Positions 18,966 through 27,329 of a stretch of DNA of 64,000 nt are shown here, one piece after another (the stretch's first letter is position 1; each line of letters begins with the position of its first letter). This DNA is from Brevinemataceae bacterium (lineage in GTDB: Bacteria > Spirochaetota > Brevinematia > Brevinematales > Brevinemataceae). The DNA lies in the NCBI GenBank assembly GCA_051647535.1, contig JBOFEA010000015.1:11058-75057 (forward strand). Direction: 5' to 3'. The notes under the pieces were generated by a model, which did not search any database, had not been told where the DNA came from, and saw nothing but the letters and a program-made list of their open reading frames with translations. The position numbers were made by a program, and so were the translations under genes.

Positions 18966-20569
18966 ACGTTCTGCAACAACTGCACAATTTTCATCATTCG
19001 GATTTGGAAGAAACCACTGATGGAGCATTTACTCTCAAAGAAAATTCCAAATATATTCATAGTACCCGTTCTCCTCTGCGTGAAGCGGAACGCTTAATAG
19101 AAAACATCAACTATCCGGTTAAAGGAACAGTTATTATTTTATGGGGAACAGGATTAGGGTACCATGTGGAAATGCTTTTAAACAAAGGGTATCAAATCAT
19201 AGCCGTAGAAACCCGCCCAAAAACAAAAGAAATTTTTCAACAAATTTTTCCGATTAGTAAATTGGTAGGATTTATAGAGAGTGAAGAGACAAATATTTTT
19301 GATACTATTACCGGTCTTCCAATAGAAACTGCAAATAAGTTTATCGATATTGTTATGAGAGGAATGGAAATTCCACCACATATGTTTGAACTTGCAGAAC
19401 AAGCTAAAAATGCTATGCGGTCTACGCATCGGATTCAGAGTTTTTTAATTGATTCTTGGTATAATAATATTTTGGTTAATCTCAGTATGATTGACTGCCG
19501 GCGTATAGGTATTAGTTTTACATCAATTTTCCACAACCAAGAAATAATTATTTGTTCAGCAGGACCTTCATTAAAAGAAAGCCTTCCTTTTATAAAAAAA
19601 CTACAGAACCAATGTATAATTCTTTCGGTTGATACTGCATTAACTTCTCTGCTGGAATATGGAATCATTCCTGATTATGTTCATGCTGTTGATGCTAAAA
19701 TCCACAATATTAATGATTTCAATAGTATCTCAGACGATGTATTTTCACAAATGACCTTAATTGCAGATATTACGCTGAGTCCCCAAATAGTCCGGTTGCC
19801 ATGGAAACGTATCTTGTTTACATGTACTGTACAGCCTATTTGTGAAGAAAACAGCTCCTTGTACAAACGTATTAAACTTCTAAAATACCTTTGGGAACAC
19901 GGTATAAGATTTCCGGAACTTCAAACCGGCGGATCAGTAGCAAATTCCGCATTCCACGCAGGAATTTATTTTGGAGCCGCTAAAGTCACTCTTGCAGGAC
20001 AGGATTTAGCGTATTCCAATCATAGAGGCCACAGTACCGGTAGTCCTTATGATTACACATACAGATTGGAAACTAATCGTCTTAACAGTTTGGATACTAT
20101 TCATATCAAAAAAGTACCGTTTGATTCCCCTGTTAAGGCAATCGGTAATACTATTACATTTTCAGATCCTTTACTGATTCAGTTTCGAAAATGGTTTGAG
20201 CATTCTCTGAAGCAAAATCCCAAATTACATCATATCCTTCTCAATGCTTCGGAACAGGGAGCTTATTTTGAAGGTTGGAACCACAAATCCCTTGCAGAAT
20301 ATATTCCTTCCTCTCAAAAATTTGACATACCTGTTGTCTTTGAAGCTTATGATTTCATCAGTATTTCAGCAGTTATCAGATCTTTATTTGACGAGGAACT
20401 ATTACCAAACTCCTCTAATATAATTATCAGAGAATACTTCTATAAAGAACAAGAAAAGTGCGAAGACCACAAACTACTTGCAAGAAAAATAAAAAGATTT
20501 CAAAAAATATTGGAAAAGTATTATGATTGTCCAAATAACACCTCATATCTATCAAATTCAAGCATCTAA
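18962..20569 (+). CDS. maf: Motility accessory factor (Maf) / DUF115 MptE-like putative flagellin glycosyltransferase, paralogue 1
   Basis: IHSTRSPLREAE N-terminal motif, IICSAGPSLKESLPFI, ILSVDTAL..LLEYGIIPDYVHAVDA, TGGSVANSAFHAGIYFGAAKVTLAGQDLAYS. 4-nt overlap with the PAP2 gene. Confidence 0.75.
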   Translation: MNVLQQLHNFHHSDLEETTDGAFTLKENSKYIHSTRSPLREAERLIENINYPVKGTVIILWGTGLGYHVEMLLNKGYQIIAVETRPKTKEIFQQIFPISKLVGFIESEETNIFDTITGLPIETANKFIDIVMRGMEIPPHMFELAEQAKNAMRSTHRIQSFLIDSWYNNILVNLSMIDCRRIGISFTSIFHNQEIIICSAGPSLKESLPFIKKLQNQCIILSVDTALTSLLEYGIIPDYVHAVDAKIHNINDFNSISDDVFSQMTLIADITLSPQIVRLPWKRILFTCTVQPICEENSSLYKRIKLLKYLWEHGIRFPELQTGGSVANSAFHAGIYFGAAKVTLAGQDLAYSNHRGHSTGSPYDYTYRLETNRLNSLDTIHIKKVPFDSPVKAIGNTITFSDPLLIQFRKWFEHSLKQNPKLHHILLNASEQGAYFEGWNHKSLAEYIPSSQKFDIPVVFEAYDFISISAVIRSLFDEELLPNSSNIIIREYFYKEQEKCEDHKLLARKIKRFQKILEKYYDCPNNTSYLSNSSI

Positions 20570-21218
20570 ACCTTCCGCTCATTCATATTTGATCAAATCC
20601 GAAAAAAATACCTTAATAGATACGGGAATCAAAGAACACTCTCCTCAGTTGAAAGAAGACTTATTATCATTGGATTTAAGGTTTGACGATATCAACGATA
20701 TTATTTTTACACACTGCCATTATGATCATACAGGAGGAGGAGATCTATTCAAACATGCAACCATATACGCCCACCCTCTCTGCCGTGCAAAACTTTTCTA
20801 TCAAGATGATAAATGTATTCACGCATTAACACACGGAGCTGAACTCCCAACCACCATCCCAAGCAAAAACCTTAGTGACGGAGACTTATATCAAAACGGA
20901 AGTATTGTTTTTCAAGTCATCCATACACCCGGACACAGTGACGACAGTATATGCCTCTATAACAGACAAGATAGAATTTTGATATCGGGAGATACAGTAT
21001 TTGCTTCCGGCATACCGGCATTAATTACCGAATCCGGATCAAACGCCACATTAATAACAAGTTTGGAAAAATTAATACCTCTCTCCCTTTCCACAATTCT
21101 TCCCGGGCATGGAAAAATCGATCTTAATCCTTGCAAAACACTTCAACTTACCAAAGATAATATTATTAACCGTATTCAAAAATTAAACGCCGAAACAAAA
21201 TCAGGAGTATCTTTATGA
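20523..21218 (+). CDS. MBL-fold metallo-hydrolase
   Basis: THCHYDHTGG metal-binding motif, HTPGHS, GDTVF, PGHG. It overlaps the maf 3' end by 47 nt in another frame, and there is no later in-frame Met. Confidence 0.8.
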   Translation: MIVQITPHIYQIQASKPSAHSYLIKSEKNTLIDTGIKEHSPQLKEDLLSLDLRFDDINDIIFTHCHYDHTGGGDLFKHATIYAHPLCRAKLFYQDDKCIHALTHGAELPTTIPSKNLSDGDLYQNGSIVFQVIHTPGHSDDSICLYNRQDRILISGDTVFASGIPALITESGSNATLITSLEKLIPLSLSTILPGHGKIDLNPCKTLQLTKDNIINRIQKLNAETKSGVSL

Positions 21219-21883
21219 GAATATTTTATTTAATATTTTTTATGCTTTCTCTGCAAAATATCCACAGCACTCAAACAGCATTCGAACATCCTAATATTAC
21301 TTACAACAAAGCTGTTAAAGAATACCAAAGCGGTAATCTTCCACAAGCAATGTACCTTTCCAAACAAGCTATGCTGACAGCCTCCTATAACAAAAATATA
21401 CGAGAATTGTTCTTCTCTTTAAGAAAAGAATTGGATTATCCTAAAATATTGACATCCGATTCCAAACTTAACTATCTTTTTAGTGTAATATTCGGAAAAA
21501 TTCCTCCCCAAATCGATGCACTAATTGGTAGTTTGTTGTTTTTAACAGCTGCAGTATTACTGTCATTGTATTTTTTAAAAAAATATATACATACTCCAAA
21601 AATTATACCTACTGTAAAAATTTTGTTTGTTTGTTCAATATTATTAATGACAAAAGCTATGATTCAATATTTTGTTTTTGCAGACAACAAAAATCATAGG
21701 ATTATTATTTCGAATACTTCGGTTTATGAAGAACCTTCACTTCAAAGTGTTGAATTATTCCAATTATCTGCAGGCTGGGAAGCTGAAATAATTGATAATA
21801 TAGACGAATTTGTGTTAATAAAAACATTTGACAACAAAGAAGGCTGGATTATATCAAATTCCATTCCTCCTTTTTTTCAATAA
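21215..21883 (+). CDS. Membrane protein with N-terminal TPR-like segment and C-terminal SH3b-like domain (BatE-like architecture)
   Basis: Signal/TM, YNKAVKEYQSGNLPQAMYLSKQA (TPR-like), two TM segments, then C-terminal VYEEPSLQS.ELFQLSAGWEAEII...DEFVLIKT.DNKEGWI (SH3b-like). ATGA overlap with the MBL gene. Confidence 0.35.
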   Translation: MRIFYLIFFMLSLQNIHSTQTAFEHPNITYNKAVKEYQSGNLPQAMYLSKQAMLTASYNKNIRELFFSLRKELDYPKILTSDSKLNYLFSVIFGKIPPQIDALIGSLLFLTAAVLLSLYFLKKYIHTPKIIPTVKILFVCSILLMTKAMIQYFVFADNKNHRIIISNTSVYEEPSLQSVELFQLSAGWEAEIIDNIDEFVLIKTFDNKEGWIISNSIPPFFQ

Positions 21884-21943
21884 AATAGATTTTTTTTGAA
21901 TTTATAAATATAATTTAAATATAAGCAATTTTTGGAGGCAGTT

Positions 21944-23365
21944 ATGTTTCAAAGTTCGTTATTTACTAATTTTCTTAAGATTTCCGAACCAATGACAGTA
22001 CTTGCATTAATACTTTTGGTATTAAGCTTTTCTATTATTAAAATGACAGAAAAAAAGAAAATAGATTTTTCTATCCGTATGATGATAGGATTAGTACTGG
22101 GTCTTGGATTAGGATTTGTAATTCAAGCAATCGCAGGATTCCCCGATAAAGAAACCATCATGTCCGAAACATGGATCCAACAAACCAAAGCATGGTACGG
22201 TTTATTTGGTAAAGCATTTGTCAGTTTTATCAGAATGCTTGTTATGCCGATTATTATGGTATCAATGATTCGAGTTATTTTAACACTAAAATCCGATTTC
22301 GATATAAAAAAATTAGTAGGCAAAACCTTGTTTTGGCTGTTATTTACTACAGGAATTTCAGCTATTGTAGGAATTACCCTTTCATTATCAGCAAATTTAG
22401 GCAGTGATATTACCGTAGCTCAACAACATTCACGATCAGCAAGAGAAATGACTAATATCATCAGCGTACTTCTCAATTTGATTCCGGCAAATCCAATCAA
22501 GGCAATGGCTGAAGATAATGTTGTCGGTGTGGTAATCTTTGCATCATTAATCGGGTCTTCCGCTCGGATTATGCGAACAAAAGAAAAATACCAAGCTATT
22601 ATTAATTTATTTGCAGAACTGATCGAAGCATCATACAGAATTATTATGTCTATGGCCATGACGATCATCAAGTTTATGCCTTATGCAGTTATTGCCCTCA
22701 TGTCGGAAACACTTGTATCTTATGGATTATCTGCAATTAAAGAAGCATTTTTGTTTATTGTTCTGATTTATACCTCATCAGCAGTAATGATTGTAATATA
22801 TATTATTCTTATTGCCATACATGGATTAAATCCTGTTATTTTTCTAAAAAAATCTATGTCTGCATGGTTGATGGCATTTTCAAGCCGTTCTTCTGTAGGA
22901 TCCTTACCGGTAACTATCTCAACATTAGAAAAGCGATTAGGCGTCAATTCAAGTACTGCAAATTTCGTAGCTTCTTTAGGTTCTACAGCAGGAATGAACG
23001 GTTGTGCAGGCTACTTCCCTGCAATGGTAGCTATCAGTGTTGCTGTGATGACAAACACTCCTATCGATGCTAGTTTCCTTATCATGGTAGTATGTATAGC
23101 AATATTAGGTTCTTTAGGAATTGCAGGAATACCCGGCAGTGCGACAATGGCAGCTTCTATTATGCTTTCCGGAATCGGTCTCAGCCAATATTTTTATCTA
23201 CTGGCTGTTGTTTTAGCCATCGATCCTATCATTGATATGGCTCGGACAATGATCAACGTAGCAGGTGCAATGACATCTGCAGTTTGTATAGATAAAGAAA
23301 TGGGCACATTAAATATTTCCACGTATAATTCATCTGAAACAGACGAAATCGAAAACGATAAATAA
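21944..23365 (+). CDS. Dicarboxylate/amino acid:cation symporter (DAACS/SLC1 family; GltP/TcyP-like)
   Basis: Polytopic, with SSRSSVGSLPVT and AGIPGSATMAA motifs characteristic of the DAACS family. Start moved to ATG 21944 (GGAGG 5 nt upstream) from TTG 21932. Confidence 0.8.
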   Translation: MFQSSLFTNFLKISEPMTVLALILLVLSFSIIKMTEKKKIDFSIRMMIGLVLGLGLGFVIQAIAGFPDKETIMSETWIQQTKAWYGLFGKAFVSFIRMLVMPIIMVSMIRVILTLKSDFDIKKLVGKTLFWLLFTTGISAIVGITLSLSANLGSDITVAQQHSRSAREMTNIISVLLNLIPANPIKAMAEDNVVGVVIFASLIGSSARIMRTKEKYQAIINLFAELIEASYRIIMSMAMTIIKFMPYAVIALMSETLVSYGLSAIKEAFLFIVLIYTSSAVMIVIYIILIAIHGLNPVIFLKKSMSAWLMAFSSRSSVGSLPVTISTLEKRLGVNSSTANFVASLGSTAGMNGCAGYFPAMVAISVAVMTNTPIDASFLIMVVCIAILGSLGIAGIPGSATMAASIMLSGIGLSQYFYLLAVVLAIDPIIDMARTMINVAGAMTSAVCIDKEMGTLNISTYNSSETDEIENDK

Positions 23366-23397
23366 TGATATAAATAATAATATTTAGGTAGGTAATT

Positions 23398-24732
23398 ATG
23401 CAATTTCTTATTATCGGCGGTAATGCGGCAGGTATGTCTGCAGCAACACGCATACGCAAAAATATTCCGGATGCTTCTATTACCGTACTGGAAAAAGGCA
23501 ATATTGTTTCTTTTGGTGCATGTGGACTTCCTTACTTTGTTGGGCATGAATTTGATCAAATTGAAGACATGATCGCCAGACCATTAGAGGCATTCCAAAA
23601 ATCAAATATTAATGTTCTTCTCCATCATGAAGTATTGTCTATTGATCCATCAAAAAAACAAGTGACAGCCGTTAACAAAGAAAATAAAGAAGTATTGTTC
23701 TCTTATGATAAAGTATTAATTTCTACAGGAGCTTTTCCTATTAAACCTCCTATTCCCGGTATTGATCTTCCCGGAGTTTTCACGTTGACAACAATGGAAG
23801 ACGGTATTGAATTAAGGAACGAAATCGAAAAAAGCTCTGTACAAAATATTGTGATTATCGGTGGAGGATTCATTGGATTAGAAACTGCTGAAGCAATGCT
23901 TCATTCCAAAAAAAACGTCACTGTAATAGAAATGGAAAATCATGTCAGTGCCAAAGTATTTGATCCGGAAATCACAGATTTGCTTCATCAAAATTTGAAA
24001 AAACACGGTGTACATCTGCGATTAAATGAAAAAGTCCTTTCCATCGAAGGAAAAGACTGTGTAGAAAAAATTACAACAGATAAAGGTTCTTATCCGGCAG
24101 ATTTGATAATTACAGCAGTCGGCTTTGCACCCGCAACCAAATGGTGCCAAAATATCAAATTGGAAATGCTGGGAAATGGAGCTATTGTTATTGACGATCT
24201 CGGAAAAACAAATATTCCGGATATTTATGCTGCAGGAGATTGTGCTACAATTAAACATGCAGTGATTCAACAAAACCAATATATTCCTCTTGCAACAGGA
24301 GCCAACAAATTAGGAAGATTTCTCGGAGACGTCATGTCAGATAAGTCTACAGCACCTTTTCAAGGTTCCTTAGGATCATCAGCTCTCCGTTTTATGGACT
24401 TTGAAGCAGGTCGTACCGGATTAAGCGAATATCAAGCCAAAGCCTTCGGATTTAATTATGGTACTAATTTTATCAAAGATTTCAATCATACCAGTTATGT
24501 TCCCGGAAGAAGCGAAATCTTTATCAAATTAATTTATGATAAAGACTCTCGAATAATCTTGGGAGGCCAAATCTGCGGTAAAAAAGATGCTGTATTAAGA
24601 GTTGACGTTCTTGCAGCAGCTATTTTCAAAAAAATGACTGTAGAAGAATTAGGTCAGCTTGATCTTATCTATGCACCTCCTTTTGCACGTACTTGGGAAG
24701 CTTTAAACATTGCAGGAAATACCTGTAAATAA
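23398..24732 (+). CDS. FAD-dependent pyridine nucleotide-disulfide oxidoreductase, CoA-disulfide reductase / NADH oxidase family
   Basis: IIGGNAAGMSAA dinucleotide fold, single redox Cys in SFGACGLPYF, second Rossmann IIGGGFIGLE, GDC motif. Confidence 0.8.
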   Translation: MQFLIIGGNAAGMSAATRIRKNIPDASITVLEKGNIVSFGACGLPYFVGHEFDQIEDMIARPLEAFQKSNINVLLHHEVLSIDPSKKQVTAVNKENKEVLFSYDKVLISTGAFPIKPPIPGIDLPGVFTLTTMEDGIELRNEIEKSSVQNIVIIGGGFIGLETAEAMLHSKKNVTVIEMENHVSAKVFDPEITDLLHQNLKKHGVHLRLNEKVLSIEGKDCVEKITTDKGSYPADLIITAVGFAPATKWCQNIKLEMLGNGAIVIDDLGKTNIPDIYAAGDCATIKHAVIQQNQYIPLATGANKLGRFLGDVMSDKSTAPFQGSLGSSALRFMDFEAGRTGLSEYQAKAFGFNYGTNFIKDFNHTSYVPGRSEIFIKLIYDKDSRIILGGQICGKKDAVLRVDVLAAAIFKKMTVEELGQLDLIYAPPFARTWEALNIAGNTCK

Positions 24733-24762
24733 TTTTCAAAAACAACTACTCAAAAAAAAAAT

Positions 24763-24788
24763 AAAAAAACCTCATTTGAGGTTTTTTT
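24763..24788 (+). terminator. Intrinsic terminator after the oxidoreductase gene
   Basis: AAAAAAACCTCA-tt-TGAGGTTTTTTT hairpin with a T-run. Confidence 0.7.
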
Positions 24789-24900
24789 ATTTTGATAATA
24801 AATTAATATACTAAACATGATGACTATAATATATTAATTTATTATCTGGATATATTAATTATATGATGTTGCTGATGACATGAGTATAAATATACGTTAA

Positions 24901-25232
24901 TATCTTTTTAATTCTTCAGAATGCGATTGATAATTATATCCTTACACTATTCCTAATTCTGTTCTTATTGATTTGTCTTATCTTTTTAATTCTTCAGAAT
25001 ACGATTGATAATTATATCCTTACACTATTCCTAATTTTGTTCTTATTGATTTGTCTTATCTTTTTAATTCTTCAGAATGCGATTGATAATTATATCTTTA
25101 CACTATTCCTAATTCTGTTCTTATTGATTTGTCTTATCTTTTTAATTCTTCAGAATACGATTGATAATTATATCCTTACACTATTCCTAATTCTGTTCTT
25201 ATTGATTTGTCTTATCTTTTTAATTCTTCAGA
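24901..25232. repeat. Tandem repeat, 78-bp unit x 4 full copies plus a 20-bp partial fifth copy
   Basis: Copies start at 24901, 24979, 25057, 25135 and 25213. They differ at only three unit positions: pos 23 G/A alternating, pos 41 C>T in copy 3, pos 59 C>T in copy 2. Each unit contains the palindrome ATTCTtcAGAAT. Confidence 0.95.
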
Positions 25233-25409
25233 CCATATTTACTGATTTTTCTAAATTTTTGGTCCTTTCATATGTTTATTAATTATATATTTATTAATTA
25301 ATTATCTACTCTTTCTCATATTAACATTTCCCTCCAAACTCATATACTAAAAATAGTAATCATAAATAGTTTAGTCAAATATTTTTATTCAATCAGCTAT
25401 ACTCAAAAG

Positions 25410-25438
25410 TTGCAAAAAAACACATTTTCACATAGAAT
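25410..25438 (+). promoter_or_regulatory. Sigma70-type promoter candidate for the fliP operon
   Basis: TTGCAA (25410-25415), 17-nt spacer, TAGAAT (25433-25438), about 40 nt upstream of the fliP ATG. Confidence 0.4.
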
Positions 25439-25477
25439 ATTATTTGAATTACAAATAATATTAACGGGGAAAACTAA

Positions 25478-26239
25478 ATGAACTCAAAAAAAATTTTATG
25501 GTATCTATTCATGTTCATAAGCATGTTTTCATCAGTAAAACCTTTATATTCTCAACAAATAGCTATTCCAACCGTTAACTTCAACATTGCTCAAGCCAAA
25601 ACACCTCAGGAAGTTTCATTAGCATTACAAATATTATTTTTGTTAACGATTATATCATTAGCGCCGTCTTTGCTGATACTAATGACGTCATTTATACGAA
25701 TTTACATTGTATTATCTTTCGTCGGCAGAGGTATCGGCACACAAAATCTACCACCTACTCAAACTATTGCAGGATTATCATTATTTTTGACATTATTTGT
25801 CATGTTTCCTATTTTGAAAGAATCATATCAAAGCGGTCTGCAGCCTTATTTCGAAGGAAAAATTTCCATCAACGAAGGTTATACAAAAAGTATTGCACCT
25901 ATTAGAAAATTCATGTTCCAAGAAACATCAGAACGTTATATTTACCGTTTTATCCAGCTTGCACATATTGATAGACCGAGAAATCAAGATGATGTACCGA
26001 CTTATGTATTAATACCGGCATTCGTACTGAACGAAATTTCGATTGCATTCTACATGGGCGTCCTTATCATGATTCCATTTACCATTATCGATATTATCAC
26101 AGCCGGAACCCTCATGTCTATGGGAATGATGATGGTACCACCGGTCACAATCTCTTTTCCAATAAAAATTCTCTTATTTGTACTGGCAGACGGTTGGGAT
26201 TTATTAGTTGACAAGCTTATTCAAAGCTTTTTAAGATAA
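25478..26239 (+). CDS. fliP: Flagellar type III export apparatus protein FliP
   Basis: Signal sequence followed by LLTIISLAPSLLILMTSFIRI..VLSF.R.A.G and C-terminal conserved TM segments. GGGGA upstream. Confidence 0.9.
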   Translation: MNSKKILWYLFMFISMFSSVKPLYSQQIAIPTVNFNIAQAKTPQEVSLALQILFLLTIISLAPSLLILMTSFIRIYIVLSFVGRGIGTQNLPPTQTIAGLSLFLTLFVMFPILKESYQSGLQPYFEGKISINEGYTKSIAPIRKFMFQETSERYIYRFIQLAHIDRPRNQDDVPTYVLIPAFVLNEISIAFYMGVLIMIPFTIIDIITAGTLMSMGMMMVPPVTISFPIKILLFVLADGWDLLVDKLIQSFLR

Positions 26240-26259
26240 ACTTTCAAGGAGAGTGAAAT

Positions 26260-26529
26260 ATGTCTCAAGGATTAATTTTACGTCTTGTTAATCAAACAAT
26301 GATAGAATTACTTTTTTTAAGCATTCCTATCCTAGGAATTACAATGTTATTAGGATTAATTATTTCTATATTTCAGGCAACAACATCCCTCCAAGAACAA
26401 ACATTAACATTTGTGCCTAAATTTATTATTGTCACTATACTGCTGGCATTAGCAGCTCCTTTTTATACAACAAGAATGCTGAACTTCACAAATGCTATGT
26501 TTTCTCTAATTGCAACAGCAAAATTATAG
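26260..26529 (+). CDS. fliQ: Flagellar export apparatus protein FliQ
   Basis: 89 aa, two TM segments, SIFQATTSLQEQTLTFVPK motif. AAGGAGAG upstream. Confidence 0.9.
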   Translation: MSQGLILRLVNQTMIELLFLSIPILGITMLLGLIISIFQATTSLQEQTLTFVPKFIIVTILLALAAPFYTTRMLNFTNAMFSLIATAKL

Positions 26530-26536
26530 CGTACAT

Positions 26537-27316
26537 ATGATTTTTGAATATTTTCAACAACATTTTCAAACATTTTTAATTATTTTTGCTAGAATATTTG
26601 GTTTATTATTGACATTACCTGTACTATCATCTGGTATTCCTGCATTTTCGAGAGCAGGATTATCATTTTTCACAGCTTTATTAAGTGCACCAATGATTAT
26701 TGGTGAAAAAATGATTCCATCAAATTATTCTAATCTTATGGAATTCGGTATTATTGTCCTAAGCAGTTTATTAATAGGATTAATAATAGGATTCATTGTA
26801 CAAATCACCATATCGGGTATTCAGCTTTCAGGAGCCGTATTTTCGACTACAATCGGATTAACACTCAGTGAGTCTCTTGACCCGTTAACGCAAACAGAAG
26901 CTCCGGTTATTGGTAATTTAATCTCTGTATTAATCATGTTATTGTTTATCCGAACAGAATCACATATTATTTTCATAGAAATGATCATATTATCTTTTAG
27001 AAATATGCCTGTACTCGATACATCTACTCTGAGTAATTTTTCGGTATCACTGAAAGCGGCTTCAGCAGTTATTCTTATACTGGCATTTAAGATTTCACTT
27101 CCTATTATAGCAGTAACCATGCTGTTAGATACGGCAACAGGGATTATTGGACGTGTTGCTCCTCAATTCAACATTATGATTATGGGATGGAATATAAAAA
27201 TTATTGCAGGATTTATAATACTTTGGATGATTTTACCGGGAATTATGGATTTTGGAACTACGCTATTCAAGGAATTGTTTAACTCTATCGCCATGCTGTT
27301 GAAGATAAAAAATTAA
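26537..27316 (+). CDS. fliR: Flagellar export apparatus protein FliR
   Basis: Polytopic, typical FliR N-terminus FQTFLIIFARIFGLLLTLPV. ATG 26537 preferred over the track's TTG 26510, which overlaps fliQ. The start is uncertain. Confidence 0.85.
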   Translation: MIFEYFQQHFQTFLIIFARIFGLLLTLPVLSSGIPAFSRAGLSFFTALLSAPMIIGEKMIPSNYSNLMEFGIIVLSSLLIGLIIGFIVQITISGIQLSGAVFSTTIGLTLSESLDPLTQTEAPVIGNLISVLIMLLFIRTESHIIFIEMIILSFRNMPVLDTSTLSNFSVSLKAASAVILILAFKISLPIIAVTMLLDTATGIIGRVAPQFNIMIMGWNIKIIAGFIILWMILPGIMDFGTTLFKELFNSIAMLLKIKN

Positions 27317-27329
27317 ACAGGAAACAGAT

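Noticed and set aside
20523-20569. The 47-nt out-of-frame overlap between maf-1 and the MBL gene, considered as a possible frameshift or pseudogene
   Set aside because: Both proteins are full length with intact N- and C-terminal motifs. The MBL N-terminus (MIVQITPHIYQI) is canonical. The overlap is better read as tight translational coupling and is noted under the operon finding.
23194-23559. 121-aa and 82-aa minus-strand ORFs spanning the DAACS/oxidoreductase junction
   Set aside because: They overlap two confidently called plus-strand genes, and the 32-nt intergenic gap leaves no room for an independent gene. No motifs are present.
24901-25232. Considered whether the regularly spaced repeats are a CRISPR array
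   Set aside because: The units are contiguous head to tail with no unique spacers. The unit is 78 bp, far longer than a CRISPR repeat. No cas genes are nearby.
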